A stretch of 63,214 nt of DNA, filler included, from Nemertoderma westbladi (Eukaryota > Animalia > Xenacoelomorpha), in assembly GCA_032718475.1 (NCBI GenBank). It is 3 parts of 3 records of this genome, joined end to end, with 100 filler letters (N's around TTAATTAATTAA, not from the genome) between each part and the next. Parts side by side here need not be neighbours in the genome. Positions count along the whole stretch, not along the records: positions 50,474 to 63,214 come from JAUCBJ010004369.1; 2 more parts are not named here. One strand, given 5' to 3'. Under the pieces are notes generated by a model. It was not told the DNA's origin. It made no database searches and saw nothing but the letters and a program-made list of their open reading frames with translations. Shown here one piece after another: positions 58,228 to 63,214 of this stretch; the stretch's first letter is position 1; each line of letters opens with the position of its first letter. The position numbers were made by a program, and so were the translations under genes.

Positions 58228-59350
58228 CAGAGGTGTCCACCGTGACTTTGGGTCATCACGCATTTTTATTTGCTTAAACTTTAGTCGGACCTTAGAGTAA
58301 TCAAAATCCGTCGGGTGCCACTTCGGCACCTTTGGGGAACTTTTTATAAAGCACTTAACCTAAGTTTCCATAGCAACCGACATACAAGGTTTTATTTTGA
58401 GATATCTGCGACATTGCACCTATTGCCACAGCTCTTGTTAATTATTCTGAATAAGATTTCTAGAAGTTTAGTTCCCATAGCAACATTATTAATCATAAAT
58501 TTTGGTCTTTGGGATGTTTATTAAGATATGCCAACTATTAAACTTTTGATTATTTGTGTAACTATTTATAAAAGCAAGCAATTATTTAAGTTATTAATCA
58601 CATTTAGTCATTCATTTAATTAGATGAGTTAGTTTTTTCCTTTCAAATGCAAATTTTGACGTTTATCTATCCAACGTTTGCAGAAAATAGGTACAGTAGA
58701 TTCAATGTGCCATCATTCTTTACTGCGTAGCGTACCTATCTGGTTATCTATCCAAAATATTATCCATTACTGGAATTACGAAAGTTAATCAATCAGCTAG
58801 AAGAGTTGTATGTTTATTAAAATAATTATTTAAACGGAACATTGCTTTAAACATTGTATTTATTTTTACACTTTGAAGTGGTGCAGGTGCATATTGTAGT
58901 AAATGGTAGAGCGGCTATAGAGCTGCCGCATCGATTGGAAGAACAGGCACTTTCGGACTTGCAATTACAAGATATAGTTTTAAGGATCGAAATTGGGGCA
59001 ATGGATGAGACGCCATGATCCGGTATCAGTTTGTCATTGATCGCCATCCAACCAAACTTGTTAACAGCAATCAGTGGAGGTGCAGGATCATCAGCAGCTC
59101 TCCACAAAAGAACTTGCAAACGAGCCCGTTTTACATGTTGTACAGCGGCACTCTGTGTGGGGGGAAGGTTGAATAATTTAGGGTGTTGCTTCTTTGTAGT
59201 GAATAGCCTATGTCGAAGTTCATTCAGAGTATCCGATATGCCACCACCATAGAGGTGTATAATGAACGAGAGGCCTATTTGTAGCCATTCTTCTTCTGTA
59301 AAATTTGGATCACAGAAAATCTGCAGGGATTCGTGCAACCTACACAGCAA
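58228..59350 (-). mobile_element. Academ-like DNA transposon 3' fragment
   Basis: ORF 59350-58847 has LYG...LNELR...LPPTQSAAVQHVKRARLQVLLW...FGW...CNCK...C...C...C.C...C, the C-terminus after the XPG domain with a degenerate Cys8 finger. The putative terminus is CAGAGGTGTCCACCGTGAC. Confidence 0.65.
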
Positions 59351-59630
59351 TTTGATTGTTCGTATTAATAACTAACTAACAAAAATATCAACTAATGTTG
59401 CTTAACATTAATCAATAACAAAACACTTTATAAAAAAAACACGTAAAGAACACTAGCTAACATCAAAATGACTATAGCTATCTTAAATAACAGATTGTCA
59501 CTAATGGTGTTCAACATTACACCATCTATCTCCCTTAAATATAACAACCATCTTTAGGGGGTCGGAATTGTCCATAAGGGGGGGGGGGGGGGGGGGGGCA
59601 GGCTTAGTGTAAGTGTCGATTAGGCTAATT

Positions 59631-59729
59631 GTGTCGAATTAATTCTTAAATTGTACATCATCGAATTTGATAAATTTCCGTAGGTTTATCAAAATTCGAT
59701 GATGTATAATTTAAGAATTAATTCGACAC
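59631..59729. repeat. 99-bp near-perfect palindrome
   Basis: GTGTCGAATTAATTCTTAAATTGTACATCATCGAATTTGATAAA...TTTATCAAAATTCGATGATGTATAATTTAAGAATTAATTCGACAC. Confidence 0.85.
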
Positions 59730-60224
59730 TTCTTGGTGAAATTGAAAAGTGTTTTCTATTTGAAATCTGAGATGATTTTTAGCTGATTTTTAAACAGCGA
59801 CTCAAAACACATCTTTTTGAAATTGCATATAATTAAACTCCAAAACATGAACTCTCTAATTATTTTATTCCAACTCTAGATATTCAATCAACTCTCCAAA
59901 AACTGTAAACTTCTTTTAATTTGTTCTTCATGCGTTTTTTAGTGTTTCTGTTCATTTTATTACCCCATCGCTCGTTTTTATTGTTTCAGTACGTCCGTCA
60001 ACTACACTTTTTAACTATGCTAATTAATTTTTTTATTACATATTTTTTACTGTACGTTTCATTTACAGGCGAGTATATTTATCAATTTGTACTGTATGTT
60101 CCACTTTTTAACGATTGTAATAACTTTTAGTCATTTCGAACTGCACGTTTTATCGTTAGTGACGACTATAATTTTTTAATTTCTGTAATACTTGCACTGC
60201 TAGTTTTAATGTTATATTGCTTGT

Positions 60225-60302
60225 GACGTAAGCGCCTTAGCATACTTCTATTGTTGTAAATTCGGCGCTATACAAATGCATCATTATTATTATTATTATT
60301 AT
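60225..60302 (+). mobile_element. L2-type LINE/SINE 3' tail
   Basis: GTAAGCGCC...GGCGCTATACAAAT followed by (ATT)n. Confidence 0.6.
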
Positions 60303-60672
60303 GAAGGCGGTTCTAATGAATTACAGATATAAAGCCGATGGGTGTGTTAAATATACACTTTATAACAACGGCTAGCTGTAGCGAAGTGATGAACAATACG
60401 GCCAGGCCAGTAGTTTGTAAGAAACAGTGTCGAACTATCATCGTACCAAATTTCGTGACCTGATTGAAGTTGTGAAATTTGTTATATTAAGGGTGATGGT
60501 GTTTTGTACTCATTATTGTTAACGTCCCACAAATTAATTTACGGATTTTTATTTTCCGTAAATAAATAATTACATTTCAATAATATTTATCTTATAATGG
60601 TATCTTATAATGTACATACATACATTATGTAAGAATCTTGTAATGAAATTCAAATTAAAATCTGTCCTTTGT

Positions 60673-61344
60673 CTATTCTCCCAAATCGAATCTACCATGG
60701 GGATCGTAATCGTAAATGGTCTCCTGATTGTGTCTGACCCAGCGGCGCCACAACCATGGAAACCTTATGATCGTTATAATAGTGGCAAGGTATATGCAGA
60801 GTCCAGAGAGGATACCTAGCACCGCGCCAATCATCTGAACAACAAGTGGAGGCACTTCGCCTGTCGTATCAAAACTGAACAAGGGCGAGAAAATACATAC
60901 ACAAATAATAATACTTATAGATACCCCTAGTATCGTTAAGTCTACTTTCTCCCCGTTAGTGAGGAATGGAATGGTCCACTGATGGAATGGTCTCATCCTT
61001 TGTTTTATCCCCTTGTATTTGCTGTGACACACTTCGCAGGTGTCTCGACCGGACGTGCGCACCCACGTGACGAGGCACTGTATGTGGATGGACCCAGCGG
61101 TCCCTCTGCAATCGCACGGCGTGATGAATTCAAACGTGTTCGTGGATTCGGTACCTCGTTGTAAACATATTCGGCATTGTAGGGAAGATGTACTGCAGAA
61201 GCTGTGTCGTCTGCGCAGAAAGCCTCCTCTTCCTCCAACATTGGTAGGTTGCGACGAGCTATTAGTCACCGATAAGCTAGATGATGATTCCGGTGATGCC
61301 AATGACGTTTGTGACAATGTGCGTCGACCACCAATCCGTGGCAT
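60673..61344 (-). CDS. MARCH-family membrane RING-CH (RINGv) E3 ligase, nested antisense in the GPCR intron
   Basis: C4HC3 finger CRIC...PCDCRGTAGSIHIQCLVTWVRTSGRDTCEVC, then RPFHQW, two hydrophobic helices and a WRRW...N tail. First ATG at 61344; a possible acceptor at about 61378. Confidence 0.9.
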   Translation of the reverse strand: MPRIGGRRTLSQTSLASPESSSSLSVTNSSSQPTNVGGRGGFLRRRHSFCSTSSLQCRICLQRGTESTNTFEFITPCDCRGTAGSIHIQCLVTWVRTSGRDTCEVCHSKYKGIKQRMRPFHQWTIPFLTNGEKVDLTILGVSISIIICVCIFSPLFSFDTTGEVPPLVVQMIGAVLGILSGLCIYLATIITIIRFPWLWRRWVRHNQETIYDYDPHGRFDLGE

Positions 61345-62803
61345 TGTACATCGTACTCGTTTCCGGTCCAAAATTACTGCTAAGTTATGTTAAAAAGTTG
61401 GAATGCAAGAACTAATTACTGATACGTAAAAAAAACTAATACGTATCTTCGTTCAAATAGTTTCAGAACTAATGTTTAATTGTAAGACAAGAAAGATAAT
61501 TATTATATACCATTCTAGAACATAAATAAAGTAAAAAATATGATGTTCTAGAAAATATAGCTAGTTTTTTTTTTAATTTTAAAATATCTAGTAAATTTAA
61601 AAAATTGTAGGCTAGAGTTCTGTATAGCACTACATTTTTAAAACATATATCATTGTTACTATTGCAACGTTGAAGAGCTCTAGAACAATATAAAAGTACC
61701 ATATACCGGTACTATTCTAGAACATAAATAAAGTAAAAACTATAATGTTCTAGAACATCGAGTTTTTTTTAATTTTAAATTAGCTAGTAAATTAAAAAAA
61801 TATATATTTTTAAATAAATTTCGGAATACATTTGAATTAATATTGATTATTGAGTTTTTGTATACCGATGTGACTAATTAGTTTATTTATCCATTGGGTA
61901 TTGGCTTTTATTGGCCTTTAATATCTCATGGAATCCGATATATTTTATTTTCTAATAAGTTGCCTCTACATGTATTCCTTCAGTTTTCGGATAATTTATC
62001 TTGACTAAGTGTTAATGCACTCCTCACACAAAGCTCTGGCGTCGTATATTCTTATTTTTTCCGTACCTTGTCTTTTAATTGCCGTAATTTGTCTTTTGTG
62101 CATTTCGCACCCCAAACATTTTTTATAATTATTTTAATTACTAGCAATTTCATATTTAAAAATAATTAGCTACGGTATAAGTTCTATAACATTATAATTT
62201 TTATTTTATTTACGTTCTAGAATAGTGTATAATATTTATAATTTGTTCTAGAACTCTACAATGTTACGATGGTAACAATGATTTATGTTATAAAAATGTA
62301 GTGCTATATGGAAGTTTACCATTTCAACTTTTCAAAAAACGCTTTTCATAACATCAATTGTTCGAAAACTTATTTGCCATAATAGCAACATTAGCTGGTA
62401 TGTATGTGATTATATAACTTTTCGGAAAAAGTTTTAGAATTAAAAGATTTATTCAAGAACATTTATAATAATTGCTAAAGAAAATACACATTTTGAACAA
62501 TTGACAAAACTATTATCATCATTTTTTTTCAACCCCCCCCCCCCCCCCCTCCTTTTACTAATCCAGATGGCGCAGGGGGAGGGGGGGGGGGGGGGGGGGG
62601 GGGTGGGGGGGGTTAGTCGCAATCCAAATTCATCCCTCTTTCAGAGGAAAATCTATGTAAATGACAACTAATCAAAAACTATACTGCTCATTTCTATGTT
62701 GATAATTAACATTGAGAGTATATATTAATTCCTTGATATAGGATATTCGCCTCATCTTTTTTATAATAGGCATACCGAACTAAATTTTTGTTTTTTTCTA
62801 CAG

Positions 62804-63214
62804 GAATTCCAGGATGGAATTCTATCTCTCGGACTCCGATGGTTTGATATATACCTGGAGGACTATGGACTAGTAGTGTGCAAGTTATTCTTCTATAACA
62901 GCGCCGTGACCTCTGTTATCGCCATATGGATACTGGCTGCCTTCACAGTAGACCGAATGCTGGCTACGTGCAGGCCCATGTACTACAGGGGAAATATCAC
63001 TGCCTCTCTGGCAAAGAAGGTAGTCTTGGGTATCATTATACTACATTGTTTATTATTTATCTGGTATTTTTGGGGGTACGATTTGGAAGGGGGTAAATGT
63101 CGAATACGAACAGGTATTCCGTGGAGAATACAGACTATATGGAAATGGTGGTGGGTGTCTACAATGTTTGCCGGCATCCCGGCTCTCACCATAATGCTCA
63201 GCAACTTCCTTATC
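62804..63214 (+). CDS. Class A GPCR, exon 2 (TM2-TM5, runs off the window)
   Basis: T-tract plus CAG acceptor, phase 0. EFQDGILSLGLRWFDIYLEDYGLVVCKLFFY...IWILAAFTVDRMLATCRP...GKCRI...AGIPALTIMLSNFLI. Not in the ORF track. Confidence 0.9.

Overview
This is AT-rich, repeat-dense eukaryotic (metazoan, probably invertebrate) genomic DNA, not prokaryotic. Two artificial 100-nt spacers (N runs containing TTAATTAATTAA, at 23162-23261 and 50374-50473) split it into three segments whose adjacency is not biological. Host genes: the last three exons of ARIH2, exon 1 of an SRSF1/9-like gene, the last two exons of sarcosine dehydrogenase, an intronless non-alpha nicotinic-receptor-like channel, a 790-aa ORF with a SCHIP1/FEZ-like coiled-coil tail, and a class A GPCR whose first intron holds an antisense MARCH-type RINGv ligase gene. 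Mobile DNA: one LTR retrotransposon with intact ORFs and atypical features (GGGAAAC plus stem-loop -1 frameshift signal, FRDD in RT, D-33-E integrase spacing, TA-starting LTRs, no obvious PBS), RTE and CR1/L2 LINE fragments, SINE-like elements, Sola1-, Sola2- and Academ-like DNA transposon remnants, many foldback MITEs, and three large satellites (28-31, 17 and 21-22 bp units). All calls are by eye; no database search or computation was run.
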